Part shown: piece after piece, positions 8,992 to 19,429 of the stretch
Position numbering within the stretch: position 1 is the stretch's first letter
Layout: every line of letters begins with the position of its first letter
Source: Candidatus Daviesbacteria bacterium
GTDB lineage: Bacteria > Patescibacteriota > Microgenomatia > Daviesbacterales > UBA10151
DNA length: 64,000 nt
Direction of reading: 5' to 3'
NCBI GenBank assembly: GCA_028715175.1
Contig: JAQUSJ010000001.1
Span: 404,550-468,549 of the forward strand
The notes under the pieces: generated by a model
Database searches by the model: none
What the model was told of the DNA's origin: nothing
Seen by the model: only the letters and a program-made list of their open reading frames with translations
Program-made: the position numbers and the translations under genes

Positions 8992-10458
8992 ATGAAAGTT
9001 TTTAAGATTTTTGCAAATCAATATTTTTGGCTGACATTAATAATTGTATTCGGTTTTTTGGTCAGGCTTTATAAATTAGATTCTCCGATTGCGGATTGGC
9101 ATTCATGGCGGCAAGCAGATACCGCAGCTGTCACAAGAAATTTTATAAAACTCGGGTTTAACCCCCTTTTCCCCAAATATGACGATATGTCCGGGGTTGC
9201 GGAGAAACCTATTATTAATCCGGCGGGATTCCGATTTGTGGAATTCCCCGTTTATAATATTGTAGTTTATCCCTTGTATTTATTATTTGGAATTGATGAT
9301 AAATATCATCGTTTAGTTTCCATAATTTTTTCGCTGGGAAGTACAGCATTTTTATTTTTTATAGTTAAAAAATATGCGAGTACCGCAGCAGGTCTTTTAA
9401 CAGCTTTTACTTTTGCTGCCTTACCGTTTAATGTCTTTTTCTCGAGGACAACCTTGCCCGAGACAACTTTTGTATTTTTTGCATTAGGTATGATTTATTT
9501 TGTAGACAAATGGATTTGGGAAGGTAAAAAAAGTTTGGGTTTACTGGGATTTGTGTTTACCTCAATTGCTTTTTTAACTAAACCTTGGGCAATATTTTTC
9601 TATTTGCCGCTTTTGTATTCTCTTTATTTCAAACAAAAATCAAGAAAATTTTGGATAAAATTTTTGGCTTTGTCTTTAGTTGCACTTTCCCCTTTTATAT
9701 TATGGAGGCTTTGGATACTTCAACAACCTGAAGGCATTCCGGCTTCAAATTGGCTGTTCAACGGCGACGGAATACGTTTCAGGCCTGCATTTTGGTGGTG
9801 GATTATTTCAGAGCGGGTGGGGAGAGAAATTCTGGGAGCAACGGGAATTGTGCTATTTTTTATTGGGTTAATCAGCAGACCAAAGAGTGGTTACTTCTTA
9901 CATTTTTGGGCTTTATCTTCTTTTCTATTTATTGCTGTTGTTGCAACGGGGAATGTCAGGCATAATTATTATCAAATTTTGTTTATACCGGTGGTGTGTA
10001 TATTTTTTGCACAAGGATTTATTCAGCTTCTCAAAGGAAATAGTGTCTTTATACCAAGAATTTGGACAATCCTTTTAGGATTAATCCTCTTTCCGCTTGC
10101 GTTTTATTTTGGGTTTAAGACGACAAAAGATTTCTATAATGTAAATAATCCCAGTATTGTTGAAGCCGGTAAAATGGCTGATAGAATTCTCCCAAAAAAC
10201 GCAATAGTATTGGCGCCTTATAACGGAGACACTGCTTTTCTTTATCAAACAAACCGTTTGGGATTTGCAGCAGGAGCATTGCCAATTCCGGAATTGGTTG
10301 CAGATTTTGGTGTTAGCTATTACATATCTACAACAAAAGATGATAAAACACGCTGGGTAATGCGCCATTTTGAAGTTTTGGTGGATGACCCGCATTTTGT
10401 CATTGCAAGCTTAACAAAATTTAAAGTACCTATTGAAAGTAGCGACCCCGAACCATAA
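8992..10458 (+). CDS. GT-C glycosyltransferase (ArnT/PMT_2-like)
   Basis: WHSWRQADTAAV, EFPVY, FSRTTLPE; multi-TM. Confidence 0.75.
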   Translation: MKVFKIFANQYFWLTLIIVFGFLVRLYKLDSPIADWHSWRQADTAAVTRNFIKLGFNPLFPKYDDMSGVAEKPIINPAGFRFVEFPVYNIVVYPLYLLFGIDDKYHRLVSIIFSLGSTAFLFFIVKKYASTAAGLLTAFTFAALPFNVFFSRTTLPETTFVFFALGMIYFVDKWIWEGKKSLGLLGFVFTSIAFLTKPWAIFFYLPLLYSLYFKQKSRKFWIKFLALSLVALSPFILWRLWILQQPEGIPASNWLFNGDGIRFRPAFWWWIISERVGREILGATGIVLFFIGLISRPKSGYFLHFWALSSFLFIAVVATGNVRHNYYQILFIPVVCIFFAQGFIQLLKGNSVFIPRIWTILLGLILFPLAFYFGFKTTKDFYNVNNPSIVEAGKMADRILPKNAIVLAPYNGDTAFLYQTNRLGFAAGALPIPELVADFGVSYYISTTKDDKTRWVMRHFEVLVDDPHFVIASLTKFKVPIESSDPEP

Positions 10459-10468
10459 CAACTTAACG

Positions 10469-11659
10469 ATGAAATTATTAATGCTTACACCCTACCTTCC
10501 TTATCCTCTTTTGACAGGAGGGCAAACGCGATCATTTAATTTAATTAAAAGACTTTCGGCGCTGGGACATGAAATAACCCTTTTTAGTCTGGTCAAAAGC
10601 AATGATGAAAGAAAGTATGTTGGGCAGCTCCAAAAGTTCTGCAGGGAAGTTCACGTTTTCTCCAGGTCCGAAAAACCGTGGATACCTAAAAATATTCTAA
10701 AGACCGGATTCAGCTTTTATCCTTTTTTAGTTATTAGAAATTGGGCTAAAGGGGAAAAGGCAGCGATTGAGCAAAAAATCAGGCATGAAAAATTCGATCT
10801 AATTCATGCTGAAACTTTTTATGTCATGCCGCATATCCCGAAAACGGAAATACCGATACTTTTGGTTGAGCAAACCATTGAACACCTGGTTTACCGGCAC
10901 TTTGCAGATGAATTTAAATTTCCGCTTTTGAAATTGCTGTTATACATAGATGTTTTAAAGATGAAATATTGGGAACTTTTATATTGGAAAAAAGCTAAAG
11001 CGGTTGTGGCAATGTCCGAGGAAGACAAAAAAATGATGATGAATGAGGTTTTGGGATTAGATGTTGATATCGTACCAAATGGGGTGGATAGCAAATTTTT
11101 CGGCGAATCTGTTATAGAAAAGGCAAAGGAACCGATCATACTTTATCTGGGGAATTTTACCTGGTTGCAGAATAGAGAAGCAGTCCAGATTTTATTAACT
11201 AAAGTATGGCCGAAAATTAAACAAGGATTACCAAAAGCAAAACTTTGGATTGTCGGCAAGGAAGCCGGAGATTTTTTCGCAGATTTGGCATCCGAAGATA
11301 TTTTAGTTTCGGAAATTGCGGACGTAAGAGAGGCTTATCAAAAAGCATCCATATTAGTTGCTCCAATATACGGCGGAGGGGGTACCAGATACAAAAACTT
11401 TGAAGCTTTTGCGTCAGGTTTACCGGTTGTTACCACCTCAATCGGCATAAGAGGGACAGATGCACAGGATGGTAAGGAAGTTATCATCAGGGATGATCCG
11501 GATGAGATCGCAAAGGCTGCCATTAAATTACTTAACGATAAAGCTCTTTCTAAAAGGATTGCTGAAAATGCAAAAAAGATGGTACGGGCAAAATATGATT
11601 GGGACCCTATTGCAAAAAAATTAAGTAATATATATGAAAATCTAGGTAAAAAAAATTAA
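10469..11659 (+). CDS. GT4 glycosyltransferase
   Basis: PYP...GG, VPNGVD, GGGTRYKNFEAFASG, YDW; likely start ATG 10469. Confidence 0.88.
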   Translation: MKLLMLTPYLPYPLLTGGQTRSFNLIKRLSALGHEITLFSLVKSNDERKYVGQLQKFCREVHVFSRSEKPWIPKNILKTGFSFYPFLVIRNWAKGEKAAIEQKIRHEKFDLIHAETFYVMPHIPKTEIPILLVEQTIEHLVYRHFADEFKFPLLKLLLYIDVLKMKYWELLYWKKAKAVVAMSEEDKKMMMNEVLGLDVDIVPNGVDSKFFGESVIEKAKEPIILYLGNFTWLQNREAVQILLTKVWPKIKQGLPKAKLWIVGKEAGDFFADLASEDILVSEIADVREAYQKASILVAPIYGGGGTRYKNFEAFASGLPVVTTSIGIRGTDAQDGKEVIIRDDPDEIAKAAIKLLNDKALSKRIAENAKKMVRAKYDWDPIAKKLSNIYENLGKKN

Positions 11660-11663
11660 ATTT

Positions 11664-12782
11664 ATGCGAATAGTTATTGACGGGAGGATGTTTAATGAAT
11701 CGGGGGTAGGCCGGTATATCAGAAATTTAATTAACAATTTAGCGATTTTAGATAAAAAGAACGAATATTTTATTCTGCATCTGAAGGAAGATTATAAAAA
11801 TTTGGAATATCAGGATAATTTCCGCAAAATTTTAGCTAATTTCCGCTGGTATGGGATTGAGGAACAAATCAAGTTATCAGGATTAATAAAATCTCTGAAT
11901 CCAGCTTTGGTGCACTTCCCCCATTTCAATGTGCCGATTCGCTATGGCGGTAAATTTGTGGTAACCATTCACGATCTAATCCACCAGCATTTTAGTATGG
12001 AAAGATCAACTACTCATGGGCTGCTGGTTTATAAATTAAAGCGGTTAGGGTATAGAAAAGTTTTTACGACAGCAATTAATAAATCGCTGGCAATACTGGT
12101 ACCTTCTTATTTTGTTAAGGGTGAATTAATCAAGGATTGGGCAGTTTCAGAGGATAAAATATCAGTTACACATGAGGCAGTTGATGATAAATTATTTACT
12201 ATATTGAACGAAATGAAAATGGAAGATATAAAATCACTCAGAGATAAATTTAACATACGAAACCCTTATTTATTTTATGTAGGCAATGCCCATCCGCATA
12301 AAAATGTTGAAGGGTTGATCAGAGCGTTCGGGGTATTAAGGGAAAAGTACCCGGACTTAGGACTGGTGTTGTCCGGAAATGACCATTATTTTTGGCAAAA
12401 AATCAGGAAAGAATTTCAACAGGAAGGTGTTATTTATGCTGGTTCTGTTTCTGATGAAGAATTGGTCGGGCTTTATAAAGGCGCAACAGCGTTTGTCATG
12501 CCGTCTTTGGAAGAAGGATTCGGGATACCTATTTTGGAAGCTTTTGCCTGTGAGTGTCCGGTGATTTCTTCAAATAAAGGAAGTTTGCCGGAAGTAGGAG
12601 GGGATGCTGTTGTTTATTTTGATCCGGCTTCGCCGGATGATATGACGGCAAAAATTTCGCAAGTATTGGATGATAAAAAATTATGGCAGCAGTTGATAGA
12701 AAAAGGGTTGAAAAGATACAAACAATTTAGCTGGAAAAAATTAGCCCAGAAGACATTGGAGGTTTATCTAAAATGCGTGTAG
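11664..12782 (+). CDS. GT4 glycosyltransferase
   Basis: SGVGRY, VTIHDL, YVGNAHPHKN, EGFGIPILEA. Confidence 0.9.
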   Translation: MRIVIDGRMFNESGVGRYIRNLINNLAILDKKNEYFILHLKEDYKNLEYQDNFRKILANFRWYGIEEQIKLSGLIKSLNPALVHFPHFNVPIRYGGKFVVTIHDLIHQHFSMERSTTHGLLVYKLKRLGYRKVFTTAINKSLAILVPSYFVKGELIKDWAVSEDKISVTHEAVDDKLFTILNEMKMEDIKSLRDKFNIRNPYLFYVGNAHPHKNVEGLIRAFGVLREKYPDLGLVLSGNDHYFWQKIRKEFQQEGVIYAGSVSDEELVGLYKGATAFVMPSLEEGFGIPILEAFACECPVISSNKGSLPEVGGDAVVYFDPASPDDMTAKISQVLDDKKLWQQLIEKGLKRYKQFSWKKLAQKTLEVYLKCV

Positions 12783-13819
12783 CTATTGTACATGATGATC
12801 TTGTTCAGTGGGGTGGAGCAGAAAGAGTTTTGCTTGGGCTTTCCGAGATTTATCCGGATGCGCCTATTTATACATCTGTGTTTGACCGTACCAATACTGC
12901 GTTATTGCGAAATTTTGGTACCAAAAAAGTTTATACTTCCTTTTTGCAAACAATACCCGGGTGGAAAAGTTTATATAAGGCACTACTCCCTTTTTACCCG
13001 ATAGCATTTGAACAATTTGATTTTTCCCGGTTTGATTTAGTCATTTCCCACACCACCCGTTTTGCTAAAAGTATTATTACAAAACCGCAAACTTTACATA
13101 TTTGTTATATGCATACGCCGCCGCGGTTTTTGTGGCATTTTTCCGGAGAGACAAATTTCGGCTTAGGGGAGATACTCCTGACGAAACTCAGGCTTTATGA
13201 TCAAGTTTCAGCCCATCGGGTGGACTATTTTTTAGCCGGTTCTGAGAATGCAAAAAAAAGAATTAAGAAAGTATATAACATAGAATCGAGAGTTGTTTAC
13301 CCGTTTGTGGATCTTGAACGGTTTAAAGATATTGAAAGTTTTGACGGAGGGTATTTTGTGATTATTTCAAGAGGTAATAAATACAAAAGAGTGGATTTGG
13401 CAATAAAAGCCTGTTTTGATTTAAGACTACCGTTAAAAGTCATCGGGGGATTCAGGGAATCCGGGAATTTTAAGAGAGTAGAGTTTTTAGGTAGTTTAGA
13501 TGATGAGACGGCAGTTAGTGTTTTAGCTGGATGTAGGGCATTAATTATTCCCGGGGTAGAAGATTTTGGATTAACCAGTTTAGAGGCTCAAACTTTGGGT
13601 AAGCCTGTTATAGCATTTAAAGAAGGAGGCGCTTTGGAAACTGTAATTCCAGGTAAAACAGGTATTTTTTTTGATGAGCAAACGGAAGAAAGTTTGGGCG
13701 ATGCGCTTCTGCGGTTAAATTCTCTGGGTATAGATCCACAAGATTGCATGAAGAATGCCGTAAGGTTTAGCAAAGAGGTGTTTATTAAAAATTTTAAAGC
13801 ACAAGTTGCTTCTTTGTAG
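12773..13819 (+). CDS. GT4 glycosyltransferase (mannosyltransferase-like)
   Basis: VAIVHD...GGAERVL, YMHTPPR, EDFGLTSLEA. Confidence 0.88.
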   Translation: MRVAIVHDDLVQWGGAERVLLGLSEIYPDAPIYTSVFDRTNTALLRNFGTKKVYTSFLQTIPGWKSLYKALLPFYPIAFEQFDFSRFDLVISHTTRFAKSIITKPQTLHICYMHTPPRFLWHFSGETNFGLGEILLTKLRLYDQVSAHRVDYFLAGSENAKKRIKKVYNIESRVVYPFVDLERFKDIESFDGGYFVIISRGNKYKRVDLAIKACFDLRLPLKVIGGFRESGNFKRVEFLGSLDDETAVSVLAGCRALIIPGVEDFGLTSLEAQTLGKPVIAFKEGGALETVIPGKTGIFFDEQTEESLGDALLRLNSLGIDPQDCMKNAVRFSKEVFIKNFKAQVASL

Positions 13820-13835
13820 TACACTAAAACAACGC

Positions 13836-14465
13836 ATGATATATGATTTTCTAAAACGGATAACAGATATTATTGGATCTTTGACCGGTTTAATTATTCT
13901 TTCCCCCCTTCTTTTGTTGGTATCTTTGGCTATTAAACTTGATTCACTGGGTCCAATTATGGCTGATACGCCAATGAGAGCAGGTAAAGACGGTAAGCTT
14001 TTTAGCATCTATAAATTCCGTTCTATGGTCCAAAATGCTCACGAGATTTTGGAAAAAAACCCTAAGCTTCTGGAAGAATATAAGAAGAATAGTTACAAGA
14101 TATTTAATGATCCGCGCGTAACCAGGGTGGGAAAATTTATTAGAAAATATTCTATTGATGAATTCCCGCAATTTTTTAATATCCTAAAAGGGGAGATGAG
14201 TTTAGTGGGACCAAGGGCGTATTATCCTTATGAGTTGGAAGAGCAACAAAGAAATTACCCGCAATCAAGAAAATATGTTAAGATTATTTTATCCGGCAAA
14301 CCCGGTTTAACCGGGGTATGGCAAGTGACCGGCAGGTCGGAGATTAATTTTGATAAACGGGTGAAGATGGATGCGGATTATGTAAAAAGAAAATCTATTC
14401 TTTATGATTTTTGGTTGATACTCAAAACTATCCCTGCTGTAATATCCGGAAGAGGGGCAGTGTAA
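13836..14465 (+). CDS. Polyprenyl-phosphate sugar phosphotransferase (Bac_transf domain)
   Basis: KRITDI, YKFRSM, DPRVTRVGKFIRKYSIDEFPQ, GEMSLVGPR, KPGLTGVWQV. Confidence 0.92.
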   Translation: MIYDFLKRITDIIGSLTGLIILSPLLLLVSLAIKLDSLGPIMADTPMRAGKDGKLFSIYKFRSMVQNAHEILEKNPKLLEEYKKNSYKIFNDPRVTRVGKFIRKYSIDEFPQFFNILKGEMSLVGPRAYYPYELEEQQRNYPQSRKYVKIILSGKPGLTGVWQVTGRSEINFDKRVKMDADYVKRKSILYDFWLILKTIPAVISGRGAV

Positions 14466-16316
14466 ATGGACAAGAGATATTTAAAGAAAAGTTCAAATAA
14501 AGCCAGGAAAAGATTAGTAGTTATTTTAGTTATCCTGGCCATCGCTTTAATAGTGCCGTCAATTTTTACTTACTTAGGGCTAAAAAGCGCTATGTCCCAT
14601 GGCAAGGGGTTAGTGGCTGCATATAAAAATCAGCAATTTGAAAGTTTAAGGACGGAAGTTACTGCTTCGAAAAACGGAATGCAGGGAGCTAATATATCTT
14701 TGGGCTTTTTGTTTTGGCTGCGACTTATTCCTTTTCTGGGCGGTTATTATTCGGATGCAAAGGGTTTTGTGGGGGCCGGAGCAGAAGCGCTTGTTGCTTT
14801 GGATACGGTTCTTATCAACCTAGAATCTGCAAAAGACGAGTTGGGTTTTAACGGTTATCCAAAAAGCGGACCCGAAAGGGTGACACAGGCAGCAAATATT
14901 TTAAATAAATCACTCCCCTTTTTAGATAAAATACAGGTTAATCTAGCTAAAGCAGGAGACAGCGTCAAAAATATTGATACGGGTAAATATCCTGATAAAA
15001 TTGGCGCTATTTCTATTAGGAAAAATGTTGAAGTGGTGAAGAATTTTGTTTTGGGTGCTTCGGTGGCAATAAAAGAAGGCAGGCCGGCTTTAATGGCGAC
15101 TCCCAAGCTTTTAGGTATACCGGAAAGTAAAAATTATCTTTTGCTTTTTCAAAACGATAAAGAAATCCGGCCTACCGGAGGATTTATGACTGCTTACGCA
15201 ACATTAACAATCAATAACGGGCAAGTCAGCGCCACTACTTCGGATGATATATACAGGCTTGACGAGAAATTGCTAAACGTTTGTTTGACCAAAATTTGCT
15301 CCTTGTCCCCCCCTGCACCAATTGTAAAGTATTTACCGGAAGTTTCAGGAAAACCAAGAACTGCCTGGAGTATGAGGGATTCAAATATCTCACCTGATGT
15401 GTCCTCTTCTGCTAAAGAATTTGAAAGGATGTATCAGCTTCTAGGAGAAGGTTTGCCTTTTGACGGAATTATATTTATTGATACACAAGTAGTTGAGGAG
15501 CTGATTGAAGTTACCGGATCGATTGACGTATTTGGGACAAAATATTCTGCGGAAGTTGATAAAAGGTGTAATTGTCCGAACGTGATTTATGAGCTGGAAT
15601 CTTATGCAGAAATCGCGGCAAAAGGAGAAAAGGATAGAAAAGCAATCTTAGGAGTACTGATGCAACAGATTTTGGCCCGGTCAGTCGGGGCAGATGTTGA
15701 AAAATTACCGCAACTGGTTGAAACAATTGCCAGGCTGGCAAACCATAAGCATATCATGTTTTATATGCATGATGAGGTGTCGCAGAGCGCTTTAGCTAAA
15801 TTAAACTGGACAGGGGAAATTAAAAGTTACGGCGGGGATTACCTGCATATAAACGATTCAAACTTTGCAGGCGGGAAATCTAATTTGTATGTTGAGCAAA
15901 AAGTTACCCAGGAGATAAATATCCAAAAGGATGGGACGGTTAAGAAAAAAATTACTATTGAGTATAAAAATGATCAACCTTTTGGAATTTGGTTAAACGG
16001 GATAAACAGGGATTATGTCAGGTTTTATGTGCCGAAAGGAAGTAAGCTCGTATCTTCCAGGGGTTCGGAAGATACGGTTAACACCATAGAAGATTTAGAT
16101 AAAACAGTCTTTGAGGCGTTTATCCAGGTCAGGCCGCAAAACACCAGGAAGTTAGAGATGGAGTTTACTTCACCTTATAATCCCAAGGGAGAGTATAAAA
16201 TTATGATCCAAAAACAACCGGGGGCTAAGGATTTCCGCTATATTATTAAAATCAACGGTTCAACCAAAGCAGACTTTAAATTAGACCAGGACAGGGAATT
16301 TAAGTTTAATATTTAA
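14466..16316 (+). CDS. DUF4012-type membrane-anchored protein
   Basis: N-terminal TM; LLFQNDKEIRPTGGF, RDSNISPD, DGIIFID. Confidence 0.75.
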   Translation: MDKRYLKKSSNKARKRLVVILVILAIALIVPSIFTYLGLKSAMSHGKGLVAAYKNQQFESLRTEVTASKNGMQGANISLGFLFWLRLIPFLGGYYSDAKGFVGAGAEALVALDTVLINLESAKDELGFNGYPKSGPERVTQAANILNKSLPFLDKIQVNLAKAGDSVKNIDTGKYPDKIGAISIRKNVEVVKNFVLGASVAIKEGRPALMATPKLLGIPESKNYLLLFQNDKEIRPTGGFMTAYATLTINNGQVSATTSDDIYRLDEKLLNVCLTKICSLSPPAPIVKYLPEVSGKPRTAWSMRDSNISPDVSSSAKEFERMYQLLGEGLPFDGIIFIDTQVVEELIEVTGSIDVFGTKYSAEVDKRCNCPNVIYELESYAEIAAKGEKDRKAILGVLMQQILARSVGADVEKLPQLVETIARLANHKHIMFYMHDEVSQSALAKLNWTGEIKSYGGDYLHINDSNFAGGKSNLYVEQKVTQEINIQKDGTVKKKITIEYKNDQPFGIWLNGINRDYVRFYVPKGSKLVSSRGSEDTVNTIEDLDKTVFEAFIQVRPQNTRKLEMEFTSPYNPKGEYKIMIQKQPGAKDFRYIIKINGSTKADFKLDQDREFKFNI

Positions 16317-16339
16317 CTTATTATGGTAAACTGCATGTT

Positions 16340-17008
16340 ATGCAAGGGGTTAGGGTTGAGGGGATTATCTTAAAAAGAAAGAATTTAGGGGAAGCGGATA
16401 GGATTTTGACTGTTTTTACATATCAAAAAGGTAAAATTTCGATTCTAGCTAAAGGAGTAAGAAGAATTACCTCCAGAAGATCCGGCAATGTTGAACTTCT
16501 AAATAGGGTTTCTATGTATTTGCACCAAGCTAAAACATTTCTGATTTTAACAGAAGCCTCCAGTTTAGATACATATCAAAAACTTAAAGAAGATTTAACG
16601 CTTTCTACGTATGCTTTTCATATTGTGGAGTTAGTTGATAAACTAACTGCGGAAAACCAGGAAAGCAGGATTTTGTATGAAGATTTGGTTAATGTTTTAC
16701 AAAGATTGTCCAGGAATCCCAGACAGATTTTGGTTAGGGCTTTTGAGGCAAAGATACTTTCACTCTTAGGTTTTATGACATTTCGAAGCTCCACCCCGGG
16801 AGTGTCAATACAAATCCACCCCAGGGGTGGATTAGGTGGACACCAGGGGAATCTATTAGGAAATTTAGAGGAAATGAGTTGGGATGAGATTGAGAAGCTA
16901 AAGATCAATGGAAAACAGGCTCTGGAATTGGAACGCTTACTGCGATATCATGTAGAAAGAGTGATAGAAGGGAGATTGAAAAGCAGACAGCTATTAAGGA
17001 AATTATGA
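16340..17008 (+). CDS. recO: DNA repair protein RecO (no Cys4 zinc finger visible)
   Basis: EGIILKRKNLGEADRILTVFT..GKI...AKGVRR; adjacent to glyQS. Confidence 0.9.
   Translation: MQGVRVEGIILKRKNLGEADRILTVFTYQKGKISILAKGVRRITSRRSGNVELLNRVSMYLHQAKTFLILTEASSLDTYQKLKEDLTLSTYAFHIVELVDKLTAENQESRILYEDLVNVLQRLSRNPRQILVRAFEAKILSLLGFMTFRSSTPGVSIQIHPRGGLGGHQGNLLGNLEEMSWDEIEKLKINGKQALELERLLRYHVERVIEGRLKSRQLLRKL
16792..16833. repeat. Paired CAC-N7-GTG palindromes inside recO
   Basis: CACCCCGGGAGTG at 16792-16804 and AATCCACCCC-A-GGGGTGGATT at 16813-16833. Confidence 0.75.
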
Positions 17009-18309
17009 ATAATGATTTAATGGATAAAATTGTGGCGCTTTGCAAAAGGAGAGGATTTATTTATCCCGGCTCCGAAATATACGGAGGATTGGCAAATTCC
17101 TGGGATTATGGTCCTTTAGGGGTTGAGCTTAAGAATAATATTAAACAGGCCTGGTGGAAAAGGTTTGTGCATCTAAGAGAAGATATTGTCGGCATTGATG
17201 CAGCTTTAATCATGAATCCAAAAGTTTGGGAAGCTTCCGGACATGTGGCAAATTTCCAGGATCCGCTAATAGAGTGTAAAAAATGCCATGAGCGGTTTAG
17301 GGCAGATCATATTAATGATGGAGGTTGTCCAAGTTGCGGAGCAAAGTCGTTTACTTCCGAGCGGATGTTTAATTTGATGTTTAAGACATATATTGGTCCG
17401 GCAGAAGAGTCCTCCAATATAGCATATTTTCGGCCGGAAACTGCCCAGGCTATGTTTGTGGATTTTAAGAGTGTTTGTGATACCACCAGGATGAGATTGC
17501 CTTTTGGAATTGCCCAAACCGGTAAAGCTTTCAGAAACGAAATTACTCCCGGGAATTTTATTTTTAGGACCAGGGAATTTGAACAGATGGAAATTGAATA
17601 TTTTATATCTCCTCCAAAAAATGATAGTGACTGGCAGGGTTCTTTTGAACTTTGGAGGAAGGAGATATTAAGCTGGATTAAGGACGATTTGGGGGTGGAT
17701 ATGAATAAGATACATGAACATGAGATTGAAGCAGGGGAAAGGGCCCATTATTCAAAGAGGACAATTGATTTTGAGTATGATTTCCCCTTTGGCTGCAGCG
17801 AATTATACGGACTTGCTTACCGGACTGATTTTGATTTGAAAAACCATGAGAGATTTTCAGGGCAAAATTTAAAATATAAAGACCCGGAAACCGGTGAGGA
17901 ATTTGTACCACATGTGATAGAACCTACCTGGGGGGTGGATAGATCCGTGTTGGTTGTATTACTGGATGCTTATAGTGAAAAAGAGGAAAGAGTTGTTTTG
18001 AAACTTCAACCGAAGCTTGCTCCGTATAAAGCAGCTGTATTTCCGCTTCTTGCCAATAAACCTGAACTAATAAAGCTTGCCCGTAAGGTTTATCTTGACC
18101 TCAAACAAAATTTAATGATAGCTTGGGATGATAGGGGTAATATCGGAAAAAGGTATGCATCACAAGATGAGATCGGTACCCCGTTTTGTATAACAGTGGA
18201 TTTCCAAAGTTTGGAAGATTTGACGGTTACCGTAAGAGACAGGGATACAACTAAACAGGATAGAGTGAAAATTGCCGATCTTATGAAATATTTTACAGAA
18301 AAAATCTAA
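17005..18309 (+). CDS. glyQS: Glycine--tRNA ligase (alpha2 type)
   Basis: KRRGF...EIYGG, RPETAQ, FRNEITPGNFIFRTREFEQME, EPTWGVDR, C-terminal anticodon-binding domain. Confidence 0.96.
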   Translation: MNNDLMDKIVALCKRRGFIYPGSEIYGGLANSWDYGPLGVELKNNIKQAWWKRFVHLREDIVGIDAALIMNPKVWEASGHVANFQDPLIECKKCHERFRADHINDGGCPSCGAKSFTSERMFNLMFKTYIGPAEESSNIAYFRPETAQAMFVDFKSVCDTTRMRLPFGIAQTGKAFRNEITPGNFIFRTREFEQMEIEYFISPPKNDSDWQGSFELWRKEILSWIKDDLGVDMNKIHEHEIEAGERAHYSKRTIDFEYDFPFGCSELYGLAYRTDFDLKNHERFSGQNLKYKDPETGEEFVPHVIEPTWGVDRSVLVVLLDAYSEKEERVVLKLQPKLAPYKAAVFPLLANKPELIKLARKVYLDLKQNLMIAWDDRGNIGKRYASQDEIGTPFCITVDFQSLEDLTVTVRDRDTTKQDRVKIADLMKYFTEKI

Positions 18310-19200
18310 ATGGAAAAGATAAAATCTTTGTTTTTTGCGCATAAGACTACAGTGATTTTGGTGGTGGTACTTATTTTATTAGGAGGAGGGGGACTGGTAG
18401 CTTTTCAAAAGTTTACAGCCAAACCGACAGGACTCATTGAAGAAGTTGATCTTTTTTTTGATCCTGAAGGTCCTTATGCCACACTCTTTCCAAGACGTGA
18501 CGGGAACGCTCTAGTTTTAAACCTTAAAAGAACAAGTTCCTATGACGCTATTACTTATGAACTTGCCTATACCAGCAGTCCCGATGAAACAGTAGTCAAA
18601 GGCAACAAAATTATGGATGATGGTGAAGACAACAAGACTGGCGGCTCAATAGACCGGGGGGTGCAAGGGACGATTGATACCAAAGATAAAAAGGGAGAGT
18701 ATGAGCAGGAAATTTTATTCGGGACTTGCAGTAAAAATGTTTGCAAATATGACCAAGGTGTCGAAAACGGGACTTTAACTTTGCATATCAAAAAGGGCAA
18801 TAAAGCTTACAGGATGGTGACGCAATGGCATCTGCAAAAACCTGATGTGGCTTTGGGGAATTTAACTTCTGGTGACGGACATTTAATCTACAAAATAGAT
18901 GGTGATAGGCAAACTTTATCAAATATAGGATTTTCAATAATTAACGATCTAACCGGTGTACCAAAACTGCCTTCAGGAAAGCAGGTTTCAGGTAAGGTTT
19001 ATTCCCTGAATGTGCCAATTGCTAAGCAGTTGACCAATGGTTCAGTCAGTTTGGAACTGGCAGAGAGTCCGCCTGATGGAGCAAAGATTTACCGGTATGA
19101 TAATGAATGGAAAGAGCTGGATACAAAGATAGATGGTAGCAAATTATCCACCAGGACAGATGGCGCAGGGATATTTGCAGTTTTGGTTTCTTCAAAATAA
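18310..19200 (+). CDS. Hypothetical membrane-anchored extracytoplasmic protein
   Basis: N-terminal TM, beta-rich body, GTCS..VC cysteine pair. Confidence 0.6.
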   Translation: MEKIKSLFFAHKTTVILVVVLILLGGGGLVAFQKFTAKPTGLIEEVDLFFDPEGPYATLFPRRDGNALVLNLKRTSSYDAITYELAYTSSPDETVVKGNKIMDDGEDNKTGGSIDRGVQGTIDTKDKKGEYEQEILFGTCSKNVCKYDQGVENGTLTLHIKKGNKAYRMVTQWHLQKPDVALGNLTSGDGHLIYKIDGDRQTLSNIGFSIINDLTGVPKLPSGKQVSGKVYSLNVPIAKQLTNGSVSLELAESPPDGAKIYRYDNEWKELDTKIDGSKLSTRTDGAGIFAVLVSSK

Positions 19201-19201
19201 G

Positions 19202-19349
19202 TAAGCAGCTTGTCGCACTACAAAAAATCGCTCGTACGGTAGAGACTTACTCGCTTGTGAGGATTTTGTGGAAAGCAATTTCAAGATTCTGAAATAAGTT
19301 AAGCACAAAATCCTCAACATTTTTTGTTAGTTTGCGACTTCGCTACTTA
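19202..19349. repeat. Structured intergenic repeat, copy A (MITE/REP-like)
   Basis: Nested inverted repeats; closely similar to 34186-34356; termini shared with 24159-24299. Confidence 0.85.
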
Positions 19350-19374
19350 GTCTGATAGATGTAAATTTTACCCC

Positions 19375-19429
19375 TTGACAAGTTAGTAGAAAATGGCAGA
19401 AAATGGTTATAGATGGTGAAAAAGGGTGA
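19375..19429 (+). promoter_or_regulatory. dcw promoter region with five 10-bp-spaced repeats (putative MraZ boxes)
   Basis: TTGACA at 19375-19380, then TAGTAGAAAA TGGCAGAAAA TGGTTATAGA TGGTGAAAAA GGGTGA. Confidence 0.6.
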
